A DNA stretch of 63,801 nucleotides from Aplysia californica (Eukaryota). The DNA lies in assembly GCF_000002075.1 (NCBI RefSeq), contig NW_004798090.1, positions 116,103 through 179,903 of the forward strand, read 5' to 3'. The notes beneath the pieces are model-generated. The model made no database searches. It saw only the letters and a list, made by a program, of their open reading frames with translations, and was not told where the DNA came from. Every line of letters begins with the position of its first letter. Position 1 is the first letter of the stretch. The position numbers and the translations under genes are program-made. Below are positions 1 to 11,684 of the stretch, in pieces.

Positions 1-559
1 TTTTGTTTTGTTTTTGTTTTGGCGGGGGTGGTGTTTTGTCGTCTTGCAGTAGCTACCTAGGCCTACGAGTACAATGTACAACTCCTTTTTTTTAGGGGGG
101 GGGGGCTGCTGTTAATGTTGGTTGTTTGTTTGGTTTGGTTTGGTTTTTAGAAGGGAACGGGGAGCAGCATGATATGTTGCCTCAGATTTAGAGTGTGAGA
201 GTGAAATAGGGATCGGGTGTCAAGGGAGAAAAATGGAAAAGAATAGTCTAGGGCGGGAACGGAGAGGAAGGTTTTTCTGTTTATGGATGTTGGAGATTTT
301 CTAAACTCATACATAGTTACAGTCGATTCCTCATACATAGTTACAGTCGATTCCACCAAAGAAGAATTCGGTCATCGGAAGACAGTTAAAGAAGTGGTAG
401 TTAGAACTTATTCTTTTGTTATTAGGTAGAACTGATTCTTTAAACACGAATTTCAATTGGCAGAAAGTTGAATTGGCTTTCTCAGCTCTAACCCCCGTTT
501 GTAATTAATAAATGTTTTTTTAAATTAATTTTTGCTTTCCTTTTAGATCTTTTCTTTTT

Positions 560-845
560 GGTACGTGTTTTATGGCGCTCGAAACTGCATTGGGTCATTA
601 TTGTGAGCGCGCGAGGCACTTTAAATATTTTCAGTTAGATCTAAATGTAAATCTAGTAGGACATTTTGAAGTTTGCCCGAGTGGCAGCAGAAGCCTACTC
701 TTATCGATTTTCGACCACCAAGGGATCTTTGACTACTTTAATGTGCGTAACTTGCACACGGGACATCCGCCCTCAGCCTATAACGACAAGGCTAGGTGTT
801 ACATCTTACCTACCCTAAGATCAGGGGTGTGGCTGAAAGACAGTC
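560..845 (-). mobile_element. SINE family A, 3' part
   Basis: Matches the 3' half of family A in reverse. A similar fragment lies at ~26285-26470. Confidence 0.72.
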
Positions 846-3800
846 TAGTAAGGAGGTAGAAATAATAATTACTCGTAAATCATACTGGTTCCACAGGGAA
901 GAAAGAGAGAGTAATTTTTTTTTCATAGAGCAATTAGTAGAGGCAGAGGCTTCAAAGTAAAATTTTATATGACAGGACATTATGATACGATACCCTAGCT
1001 TATTGAAATTGATAGCACCAGTCCCACGCTGTATAAAAGAAGAGAAAGGGTTACCGTTGTTATTGTAGGTATTTTTACGCCCCTTTGACATGACACAGTT
1101 TTGACCATATTATTTTAGAAGGGCGCAGGCTTTCAACACTGCCTACCAGACCAACCAGGGCTGGAATACAACATCCTAGCAGAAAGACCCAGATACTCCA
1201 CAAAACTCCCCACTCGGGAACCGAACTCGGATCTCCTGCTTACGACAGCTATAATTAAGTGTCTAACTACTACACCACAAACACCTATTATAAGGATTGC
1301 CGTGGATGCGGGCTATGTCTGAAAAGAAATTCGGACGTTTTGGTCATGTAAGATGAGCAAGTGATTGTACCAGTCGAAAACCACGTATAACAAAAGTTAT
1401 GTGCATGCCTTCTTAATAAAAAAGCGCTTTGTGCAAGCGCGCATGCATTGTGCAGATTTCACCGCCCACTAGTCCACGCCAACCCTTCCTCTTTCACCTC
1501 AGCTCGCGCATTATTATTGTAGTGTGTAAATTAGATCTACACGTACCGGTACCTTCTAAATTACGGTGCTGTCCGCCTAACGGCAACACCCTTGGGGAGC
1601 AAGCCTTTATTGTTTTTGGCGGATATGTTGCTGCCAATTGAATTTTTNNNNNNNNNNNNNNNNNNNNNNNNNNNNNNNNNNNNNNNNNNNNNNNNNNNNN
1701 NNNNNNNNNNNNNNNNNNNNNNNNNNNNNNNNNNNNNNNNNNNNNNNNNNNNNNNNNNNNNNNNNNNNNNNNNNNNNNNNNNNNNNNNNNNNNNNNNNNN
1801 NNNNNNNNNNNNNNNNNNNNNNNNNNNNNNNNNNNNNNNNNNNNNNNNNNNNNNNNNNNNNNNNNNNNNNNNNNNNNNNNNNNNNNNNNNNNNNNNNNNN
1901 NNNNNNNNNNNNNNNNNNNNNNNNNNNNNNNNNNNNNNNNNNNNNNNNNNNNNNNNNNNNNNNNNNNNNCCCCTGTGAGCACTGCTTACTGCTTACGTTC
2001 AATCCGAAGTACATTGCTACTTACCGATTCTTTGAAAGCTCTCGCTGTTTCTTTTATCAGCAGTTTGCGTGATGTTTCGCGATTCCCGTTCCCTTAGAAG
2101 AGGCCAAGCCAATCTTGAAAGAAGAAAAGCACCGGATCCAAAAGCGATAGCAATTCTATTCATGTCAATAAAACAATGAACTCTCCGTCACTCTGAATTT
2201 AAGTCTGCAACTCTTGAATTGCTTTGAATCCCGGGTACGCAAAAATGATGATAATAATAATAATAATATGGTCTTCTGGCAGACGAGGTCACTTTTAGAA
2301 CGGAAACTGACAATAGATTGTCATCCGTTAAAGAAAGGCATGACAGGGCGCAGTGTGAATAGTGTAGTCGACTAAATAAATAGACTCTAGATCTACATAT
2401 TAAAATTTTCCCCACTTTAAACATGAATATCGTTCAACTGCCACCTTTTTTCTGCACAATGGTGTGGTGAATAAATATCCATGGCACACGAACAATATTT
2501 CACCACGATCGAAAGGTGGGCAACTAAGTGGAATTAGAAGTTAGATCTTAGATCTGGAATTTTTTTCCTGATTGTTTCGACAATGATGGAAATGATATTC
2601 TGGTAAAAGTAAGTTTTAGCTCTCCCTGCCTTCGCGCATCACGACTATCACAGCACTACGCTGCTTCCTGCTCCTGTCATAGAGGTTTATTCATCTTTGG
2701 TTAATCACGCGTAGTTCTATTTATAACCTCTTTGGCTTCTGTAAGCAAGATACGGCTGCTCTCCTTCTGTGACGCCCACGATGAACCCAGATCTGCGCAC
2801 TTATTGGTAATATAGTCACTTCATTTTTAAACCATGATTCCATACTTTTGTCTTTAAGGTTATGTTTTTGTAAGCCTTTAGCTCCAAAAAAACCAAAAAA
2901 AAACCCAGCTTGCCAGACGGAAGCTGGTGGTGGGAGCTAATAGGGCGCCACTGGTAAGTCATGCTTCCTAATTTATTGTTTTTCCAACTCTTGTTTCTCT
3001 TTATTACTCTTTGTCCGACTTATCTTTATTACGGCCATAATTCGTGGCGATGCGCTTCTTTTTACTCAAATCAACAATTTAGTTGAAATAAACCAGACAG
3101 ATTATCCCATGTTGCCCTTCAGAGACTTTATATTATCATTAATTTAATTATTTTGCTGGCTATGCCCATATTAAATCAAATACATTTAAATCTATCAAGT
3201 TCCACACCATTCGTGAAGGCAAACAGTCAACTTTATCCTCTGGAAATTTTCAAGTCCAATTACACAAGAAATAGGATCAACGTAATGAGGCACCCGTACT
3301 TTTCATGAGCACAATGGACTCATTACTCTTGACATGAAAAAATATCAAAGAATTTAAAACTACAGCACAGGCTGAGATTATTTTTCTTGTTAAAGCAGCA
3401 CAGCATAAGTCAACAGGCAACAGAAAATGACATGCCTTTTCACCCGCTTCACCAAAGACGAATAAATGAACTGTTCCTCTTTATGACACTCACTCGCGAA
3501 TGTTCGTTCCGAAGCTCTGACTCATGCACTGCAGTATAATAAGTATAACCAAGGATTTAAACTCGTCTTTGGTCTCTGCATGCTCACGTGGCAAGACAAA
3601 TTATATTATAAAACACCGTCCAATGTCTTCACGTAGGATCTACCAATTCTATATTTTTGCTATTTACATTATAATCCTAACTGTCATTATTGTAGTTCCT
3701 GTTGTTTTATGCCTCTGCATCTGCATATTAAGATCAACATGTGCATAGGCCTATGCCTATAATTACCTATGATTGTATCGATCATTTATAGAGAACTATG

Positions 3801-4332
3801 GAGTACTTGACTTTCTGTCCAATCATGGGTTGTTGTGCCACATCTTTACCCCCGCCCCCAACTTTGTTCCACAACATATATCTCCTTCTTTTTCATGCTC
3901 TCACGTCAATGAATTGTAAAAATACAAGCACCAGATAGCATGAGCAAGCTTAAAACTAAAGTCCCCCGCAAAGTGGAATATCTGAAAGAAGATCCCATCT
4001 GCGTTGTGACTTCAGCTAACTCCGGGGATGTAGCGGCAAATACCGGATTAGTCCTCGAATCAGCGAGCAGTCAATCGGTTTTCGCTGTTTTTAGAGAGTG
4101 GGCACTGCGTGGAATTGGTCATTTGGGACAATTTAAAACCATGAATGTGACATTAATTCTATGGAAAATGACTTTTCTTGCGAAAATGACGATTGGAGAG
4201 GGAGTGCATTTCTTTTAGCCTAGTGAGTAGACCAATTATTAACCCGTTACCCGAAATGAATGGCATTATGTAATATTGTCGATTGAATATTAATGCTTGT
4301 AAGCATTATTATGTATTTGTGTTTATTAAGCC

Positions 4333-4336
<4 letters not shown>

Positions 4337-4387
<51 letters not shown>

Positions 4388-5291
4388 NNNNNNNNNNNNN
4401 NNNNNNNNNNNNNNNNNNNNNNNNNNNNNNNNNNNNNNNNNNNNNNNNNNNNNNNNNNNNNNNNNNNNNNNNNNNNNNNNNNNNNNNNNNNNNNNNNNNN
4501 NNNNNNNNNNNNNNNNNNNNNNNNNNNNNNNNNNNNNNNNNNNNNNNNNNNNNNNNNNNNNNNNNNNNNNNNNNNNNNNNNNNNNNNNNNNNNNNNNNNN
4601 NNNNNNNNNNNNNNNNNNNNNNNNNNNNNNNNNNNNNNNNNNNNNNNNNNNNNNNNNNNNNNNNNNNNNNNNNNNNNNNNNNNNNNNNNNNNNNNNNNNN
4701 NNNNNNNNNNNNNNNNNNNNNNNNNNNNNNNNNNNNNNNNNNNNNNNNNNNNNNNNNNNNNNNNNNNNNNNNNNNNNNNNNNNNNNNNNNNNNNNNNNNN
4801 NNNNNNNNNNNNNNNNNNNNNNNNNNNNNNNNNNNNNNNNNNNNNNNNNNNNNNNNNNNNNNNNNNNNNNNNNNNNNNNNNNNNNNNNNNNNNNNNNNNN
4901 NNNNNNNNNNNNNNNNNNNNNNNNNNNNNNNNNNNNNNNNNNNNNNNNNNNNNNNNNNNNNNNNNNNNNNNNNNNNNNNNNNNNNNNNNNNNNNNNNNNN
5001 NNNNNNNNNNNNNNNNNNNNNNNNNNNNNNNNNNNNNNNNNNNNNNNNNNNNNNNNNNNNNNNNNNNNNNNNNNNNNNNNNNNNNNNNNNNNNNNNNNNN
5101 NNNNNNNNNNNNNNNNNNNNNNNNNNNNNNNNNNNNNNNNNNNNNNNNNNNNNNNNNNNNNNNNNNNNNNNNNNNNNNNNNNNNNNNNNNNNNNNNNNNN
5201 NNNNNNNNNNNNNNNNNNNNNNNNNNNNNNNNNNNNNNNNNNNNNNNNNNNNNNNNNNNNNNNNNNNNNNNNNNNNNNNNNNNNNNNNNNN

Positions 5292-5341
<50 letters not shown>
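4337..5341. repeat. (TG)n and (GA)n microsatellites flanking an assembly gap
   Basis: Seen directly. Similar simple repeats at ~43936-43998, 48540-48770, 49220-49300, 49800-49995, 52545-52646, 58905-59640, 62968-63028. Confidence 0.95.
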
Positions 5342-5345
<4 letters not shown>

Positions 5346-5529
5346 CCCACCGGTACAAGACAGGCAAAGGAAAGTCAACGAGACAAATACATTGAGAGGT
5401 AGATAGACGGACAGAGAGATTATTTGCGGTTACAGGGACCATGTCAGACATTATAATAATTATGGTGAATTCAAGAACGCTAATCAGTTTATTCATCATT
5501 ATCCAGTGCCAGATCTGCGACAGATATCG

Positions 5530-6790
5530 GCGATCATGGTTTTCCATTCATTCCTTTGCTCGGATACTCTAAAAAAAGCTACGTTTTCCTGATCTTTCCC
5601 TGTTACCCATTTGCTTAGGTTCCCTAAGTATGTTGTTCTGGGTCTACCCCTCAATTTTTCCAGTGAAAGCTAGATGTTCAAGACCCTTATGTCTATTCAG
5701 GTGTCCCAAAAATTGCATTTGTCGTTTCTTGATTCTTTTTAACATTGAGCGTCCCACGTGGGCTTCTTCAAGCACTACCTCATTTGATTTCCTTTCCTTC
5801 CATGATACTCTTAGCAGTCTCATAAGAAACCACATTATCTGTTGCTTCTATTTTATTTTCACTGTCTTTAGAGATTGTCCAGCATTCACAGCCATATAAA
5901 AGGGTTGACCAAACATAGCATTTCAGGACTTTCATTTTGGTGTTCATTGAGAAGTTTTTTTTTTTTTTCAGGATTGGGCTCATTTTATTGAAACTAGCCT
6001 TAGCCATTGCAGTTCTCCTCTTTATTTCTGTGGAACATTTGGCGTCAGATGTTTTCATATATCCTAGATATTTAAACTGTTGGACTTGTTTGATCTTTTC
6101 ACCTTTGCTAATGAGATTACAACTAGGGTTTGCTGCTTTTTTGGATATTACCATGCGTTCTGTTTTCTTTACATTCAACAATAATCCTATGTTCACTTTC
6201 TGTTACAACAGCACCTAGAAGCAATTAAAGGTCCTTTTCGGAGCCTGCTATTAAAACTGTGTCATCTGCATACCTGACGTTATTAATATTTTCTCCATTT
6301 ACTTTGAGGCCTGAACATTCTTCTATGTTTCTAAGGATTGTTTCACTGGACATAACACATCCTTACCTCACTCCTCGCCTGATCTGCTTATTCACTGTAT
6401 TCTCCATTAATTCGTACAGCAGCGTTTTGGTCCCAGTACAAATTTCTGATAATTCTTAGATCTTTTCCATATATGTCTAGCTTTTCCAGTATTTTAAATA
6501 GCTCATCATGTCTAACTTTATCAAACGCCTTTGAATAATCTATGAAGCATAAATACAGATCTTTCTGTGCTTCAATACATCTTTCCATTAACATTGTTAA
6601 GGTGAATATAGCATTTCTGGTGCCCTTGTCAGGAACAAAGCCGAATTGCGTTTTAGATATCTCTGGTCTTACACTTTTTCTCAATCTTCCCATTATTACT
6701 CGCAGCAATATTTTTGTAAAATGACTCATACGGCTAATTGTTCTATGCATATCACACTCAGTGGCACCTGGAGTTTTAGGTAAAGCAGTT
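5530..6790 (-). mobile_element. RTE-clade LINE fragment (RT to 3' end), frameshifted
   Basis: QFGFVPDKGTRNAIF, FIDYSKAFDKV, FKYLG, LLYGCECWT, QFLGHLNR. Confidence 0.85.
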
Positions 6791-6921
6791 TATTACCTCT
6801 TAAAATTGAGAAGAACTGTTAACTGACGAAACGGAAAAAACACGAAAGAAATTAACTTCCGTCCGGTACCCTGTTTATTTTGATTTTCTTGGCTATGGTA
6901 GGCCAGCTAGGATGCCACGAC

Positions 6922-7684
6922 ATGAAAGGGGTCTTCTGGCTTTTCCGCACTTTGTTTTTATTTGGACCTGTTTTAAAGGTTGTTTGTGATGACTTTTGCT
7001 GGAGAGAACCCGAAACTGAACGATTTGGACGTTTTGTTTTGGAAATTGTTGGTGATGACCGTCGCAATGTACCCTGCTGGCTTGAGCAAAGGCGAGGTAT
7101 TTGTTCAGCAGAAGAAACGAAAGCGAAAGTAGGTTTTGCCACACCAATATCACCCCATTATGATTGCCTTCGAAATCCCGAGATACTGTACAGTTCGTTT
7201 CAGGAATGGCTTACTTGTTTCCGTCAATCTTTAAAAGATACTTTCCCAGTAGACAAAGTTAAAGGAAATTTTGTGCGGACTGTCAGGAATGCTTTGTTTT
7301 CACATGTGAACCCCACTGGGCTGAAGTCAAATGTGAAACTTTGTTGCGCGTCTAAAGCTGTCTTGACAGACTGCCTTGACTTACATCCAACAGTGACTGT
7401 TACTGATCTATTCATTGACTTTATGAATGGCAACAACAGGAGCGGTTTATTTCCACCTTCTCTTGCTCATCGTTATGGTGGTCACCAATTTGGTCATTGG
7501 GCTGGTCAGCTTGGAGATGGACGTGCCATTCTCTTGGGCGATTATCAAAACAGAAAAGGAGAAAGATGGGAACTCCAATTGAAAGGATCTGGCAAGACTC
7601 CTTATTCCCGCGCTGGGGATGGTAGAGCAGTTCTGAGGTCCTCAGTGAGGGAGTTCCTGGCTTCTGAAGCCATGCATTACTTAG
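6922..7684 (+). CDS. SELENOO: SelO/SELENOO-family protein adenylyltransferase, coding exon 1 (alternative in-frame ATG at 6895)
   Basis: SelO motifs [55 protein letters not shown]. Homology stops at donor TTA G|gtaaat (intron starts 7685, phase 1). Confidence 0.92.
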
Positions 7685-7829
7685 GTAAATTATATATACA
7701 TGTTTAGTACTGTTTAGATATAGATCTAGATCTATATATATTCTTACATTTTTAGCAAAATTTTTATATCTACTTAAAAAGCTGTAATGAAAAGTTGAAG
7801 TGAGATATATATTTACACACATATATATA

Positions 7830-8639
7830 CTGTCGAACCTGTCTAAGATGGCCACACACTGTAGAGGAGAAAAGTGGACGTATAAGACTGGTACGCAGGT
7901 CTATCAAAATGTTTAGTAAACAAACCACCATTTACTTTGAGATCCCAACTGGAGGTGGCTGCCAGCTCAGGACTGGTGTAGGGCTTGTTAAAATGTTTTG
8001 TATTTGTTTTTTTCTTTTTTTTGTGTTTTGAAAGCGGGGACAGGATAGGACAGTTTTTGTTGGACCTTTTACATTGTTGGTTTCATTTTTATTTATTATT
8101 TTAGAAATTATGGTTTCGTGAAAGGTCAATCAAACAAAACAAAATGTGCCAGATGAGGAAGGCCAAGTGCCATAGCAAGTAGAACAAACAATGAGGGTGG
8201 TCACCACTCAGGGAACAATTAGACTTTTCTGTCGTGAGTTTGTGTTGACTTCCATTGTTATGGACTGGGTTTATAAACTGAGTTGTGGGCGAAGCTTAAT
8301 AGGTTATGACAGATCACATGCTTCCCTTATCAGCAGTTAAAAATGTATATTTACCCATTGGTCAACTTTGGTAAACATTGGGAGCGACCTAAGCAACATG
8401 ACCAGATGAATGGATTATGATGACGGCTTGTCTACAGCATCAGGGGAAGATGCATCATTTTTTTTGCAAAGCCTGGCCGTCTCTGGCAGGTGAATTTGGT
8501 CATGGGTTGATAAAATGGGGTGGCTGCAGCCGCGTTGGACAGGTGCTCGTTTTACACTGTTAAATTATATAGAAAAAATGTAAGGGGGGAAATGGAACTT
8601 GGCCGTTTGTACAGGTGGCCATCATGGCAGGTTTGACTG
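7830..8639. mobile_element. pogo/Tigger-type non-autonomous DNA element in the SelO intron
   Basis: Termini ctgtcgaacctgtc ... ggcaggtttgactg are inverted, with TA on the left. Confidence 0.55.
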
Positions 8640-10039
8640 TGTATTGAATTGTAATATTCTTCTTCTTCAGCAGGTGCCTCAGCTTCCTCTCTCAGAGAAA
8701 CTATGGCAGTGAGCAGGCTCATTTTTATGGTTACTCAGTTGTCTGAGTATTTTGCTTTAAAATCTCTACACAATTGCCTCCCTTGCCATCTTCTATTTTT
8801 GCGAGGAGTGAGTGTATTCACCAACAGAGGTACTATCTGAAGTGAAAATACTGATGTGTTTTATAAATAATAAAAATGACAGTGCATGCTGGAGAGGTTT
8901 AAGTACTCATCTTTATGTGCTCATGCCTTCAATTGAATATTGTCATCACATTCATTACCTTGACTGTCCTTTTTTTTCTCCTCTGTACTATATTCATTTG
9001 ATCCATAGAAGTAAAAGGAAACTTTTACAGTTCCAGGCAATGTCGGGTGTTGTCAATCAAAACGCCATGCAACACGACTCCAAGGACTAGTTGGTAGGGT
9101 CTGTGTAATGCTACTTTAGGATTAAATTAAATGGAAAAAAGAAATGTAAAAAATCGTTAAATCTCTCGAAAAGCCTTTCTATATTTTTTTTTTCTGCCAA
9201 TCTACTGTTTTCATTTTTGAATGATTGTTTACATATAAAACTATTTAACATGTTTAAATTAATGTACAGTAGTTATAGCCACCACTGATTCGTCGAAGTT
9301 GTCAACATGTTAATAATATGTAGCTTCCACTGCTTCAAAATTAACTGCTGTTGAGTATGATGGGATATAAGAGAATGCACGCCATTGCAGATATTCAATC
9401 GCAGTCTTGTTTTCTTTGCTGAAGGTTTTAGATACATGTAATTAAAAATGAGCTTTGGTTTAATTCTAGCTTCAGACAGGAATAATTCGATGATTACTAT
9501 TATAAATTCCTTTTTAAAGATTTACTTTTTTTTGTTATCCTTGGATGTGTACAGAAATGAAAAAGGTCTAATGTCTCACTTTGTCAATAATGAAGTAATA
9601 CTGTGAGTCCCCTTATATAATGCATATATTGTGTGTGTTGAAGAGACCTTATGCTATATATATGGTATTAAAGTTAAAGAATAACGAACATGCCTTAGTT
9701 GAAAAGGTTCTAAAGAAAATTATCCTTTCTGTAACTGAAGATAAAATAGTCTGGAAAATTCGGATTATCAGAGAATAGAATGTGGTTGACTGAAAGACAA
9801 TAAATGACTACTTTTTAATTATAAAATAGGATTGTGGAACCTGTCAGACTAGTCAGAGGCTCTCTATTGGCTCCTTCTTGGAGGGGAGAAGGCAGGTCAA
9901 TTTAGGATAAAAATCCTGGTTAATATGTGTGTATAATATAACAAAATGCAGATAGATTCCTGTGCTCATATTTTTTCCCCACAATACTTGATACTTTTTT
10001 ATTTCTCACCATTTTCTATTTTTGCATCTATTCATAGCC

Positions 10040-10527
10040 GGGGGGCTCTCGTGGCCTAGAGGTTAAGGTGTTGGCCTCTCATTCAAAGGTCCCAGGTTTG
10101 AATCCGGGTGTCTCCTTTCACCTCCTTTCCTGCTCTGTAGCAATGTTCTGTCGTCTGCTTTCGTCTTCACTTTCTGCCCCCACCCTCTCACCTTCTTTGC
10201 CCCCTGCTCTGGGCTCTTGACTCTTTCTGCAGCCTTTCTACTTCTTCTACTTGGCTTCTTCTTACTTCTGTCTTTCAGCCAGACCCCTGATCTTGTGGTA
10301 GGAAAGATCTTCACCTAGCCTTCTTGGACAAGGGCAAAAATCTCAGAGGTCCCATGTGCAAGTTGTGCACGTTAAAGATCCCTTGGTGGTCTAAAGATAA
10401 GAATAGGCTTTGGTCACCACCCGGGTGAAATTCAAAATATCCTACCAACTGAAAATGTTTAATGTGTTCCGCGCTCTCATTGGACCTTATGCAGTTGCGA
10501 GTGTCTTAAAACACTTACAAAAAAAAT
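10040..10527 (+). mobile_element. tRNA-derived SINE family A
   Basis: A box gtggcctagagg, B box ggtttgaatcc, body with cacgttaaagatccc, A-rich tail. At least 7 copies in the window. Confidence 0.8.
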
Positions 10528-10599
10528 TATAAAAAATACATACAACCATTTACTTTTTAGAAAGATGTTTAATGCTTTGTGCTTTTTTGTCTAATGCAG

Positions 10600-11684
10600 G
10601 TGTCCCTACTTCAAGAGCTGCCGCTCTAATTGTCAGTGATGATGAAGTTGTCAGAGATCAGTTTTATGATGGCCATCCCCTACCAGAGAGAACAGCCATA
10701 GTACTGAGGCTTGCTCCCTCTTGGTTTCGCATTGGATCACTGGAAATTCTTTCTTATACTGGAGAAACAGAATTATTGAGGTTATTGCTCGATAATGTGA
10801 TTAAATCTTTCTTTGTGAATATCGATATCAATAGTCAAGATAAATATCTGATGCTGTTTCAAGAAATAGTTAGCAGTACTGCACATCTCATTGCTCAGTG
10901 GCAAGGTATTGGGTTTGCACATGGAGTTTGTAACACTGACAACTTCAGCCTTTTGTCAATTACAATTGACTATGGTCCTTTTGGATTTATGGATGCCTAC
11001 GATCCCAAGTTTGTTCCTAATTTTTCAGATGATGAAAAAAGATACAGTTTTGAGAATCAACCCGATGTTGGGTTTTTTAACATGGAAAAATTGCTCAGAG
11101 CATTAGAACCAGTTTTACGGAATCAACAAATAAAATCTGCAAGTATTATTTTGAAAGGGTACGTTGAGCTATATAAAAGTTTCTTTTTAAAAGTTTTTGC
11201 AAAAAAATTTGGCTTCAACACTGTGAAAAGACATGAAGATGAAAATCTAATAGCCACATTTTTAAAGATACTTGAGGATACTGGAGCTGATTTTACAATG
11301 AGTTTCCGAGAGTTGGGGGAAATTTCTTTCATGAATCTCACGAAGGGTGAAATAAGTAAAAGCTTTTGGGCATTGCGTGTGATATCACAGCACGAATGGT
11401 TTCAACATTTTATAAACCTCTATAATATAAGACTCAAATCAGAGGACATTACTGATCATGAAAGACAAAAACTAATGAATAAAAATAATCCCCGTTATGT
11501 TCTCAGAAACTGGATAGCTCAAAGAGCAATTTCAGCTGTGGAAAAAAATGATTTTGCTTTTGTTCACCGCTTGCAGAAAGTATTGGAGAAGCCATTCTCA
11601 AAGCAAGATGATGCAGAGGTACTTGGGTTTGCCAGTAAACCCCCTCAATGGGCAGCTAATCTTTTTGTAAGTTGCTCATCATAG
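10600..11684 (+). CDS. SELENOO: SelO/SELENOO-family protein, coding exon 2 (terminal)
   Basis: Acceptor ttttttgtctaatgcag|GT (AG 10598-10599) restores MHYLG-VPTSRA in frame. Motifs HGVCNTDN, DYGPFGFMD, ADFT, NPRYVLRNW. Ends VSCSS-TAG. Confidence 0.93.

Noticed and set aside
307-354. 24-bp direct repeat (ctcatacatagttacagtcgattc x2) as a CRISPR-like array
   Set aside because: Two adjacent copies with no spacers in a eukaryotic context. It is a simple tandem duplication.
2900-2960. Non-coding first exon of SelO (cggaag motif, ctg|gtaagt donor at ~2954)
   Set aside because: Plausible, but no matching acceptor or transcript evidence can be established from the sequence alone.
4247-5547. Long ORFs containing X runs (here and at all other N gaps)
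   Set aside because: Artifacts of assembly gaps and microsatellites, not proteins.
10572-10599. ATG start of a stand-alone 370-aa ORF
   Set aside because: This is the intron's polypyrimidine tract and acceptor. SelO homology starts at 10600 and continues exon 1.
6880-11684. Bacterial contamination or recent horizontal transfer of ydiU
   Set aside because: It has a spliceosomal intron containing host SINE and MITE insertions and host-like AT content. Ancient transfer cannot be judged without a phylogeny.
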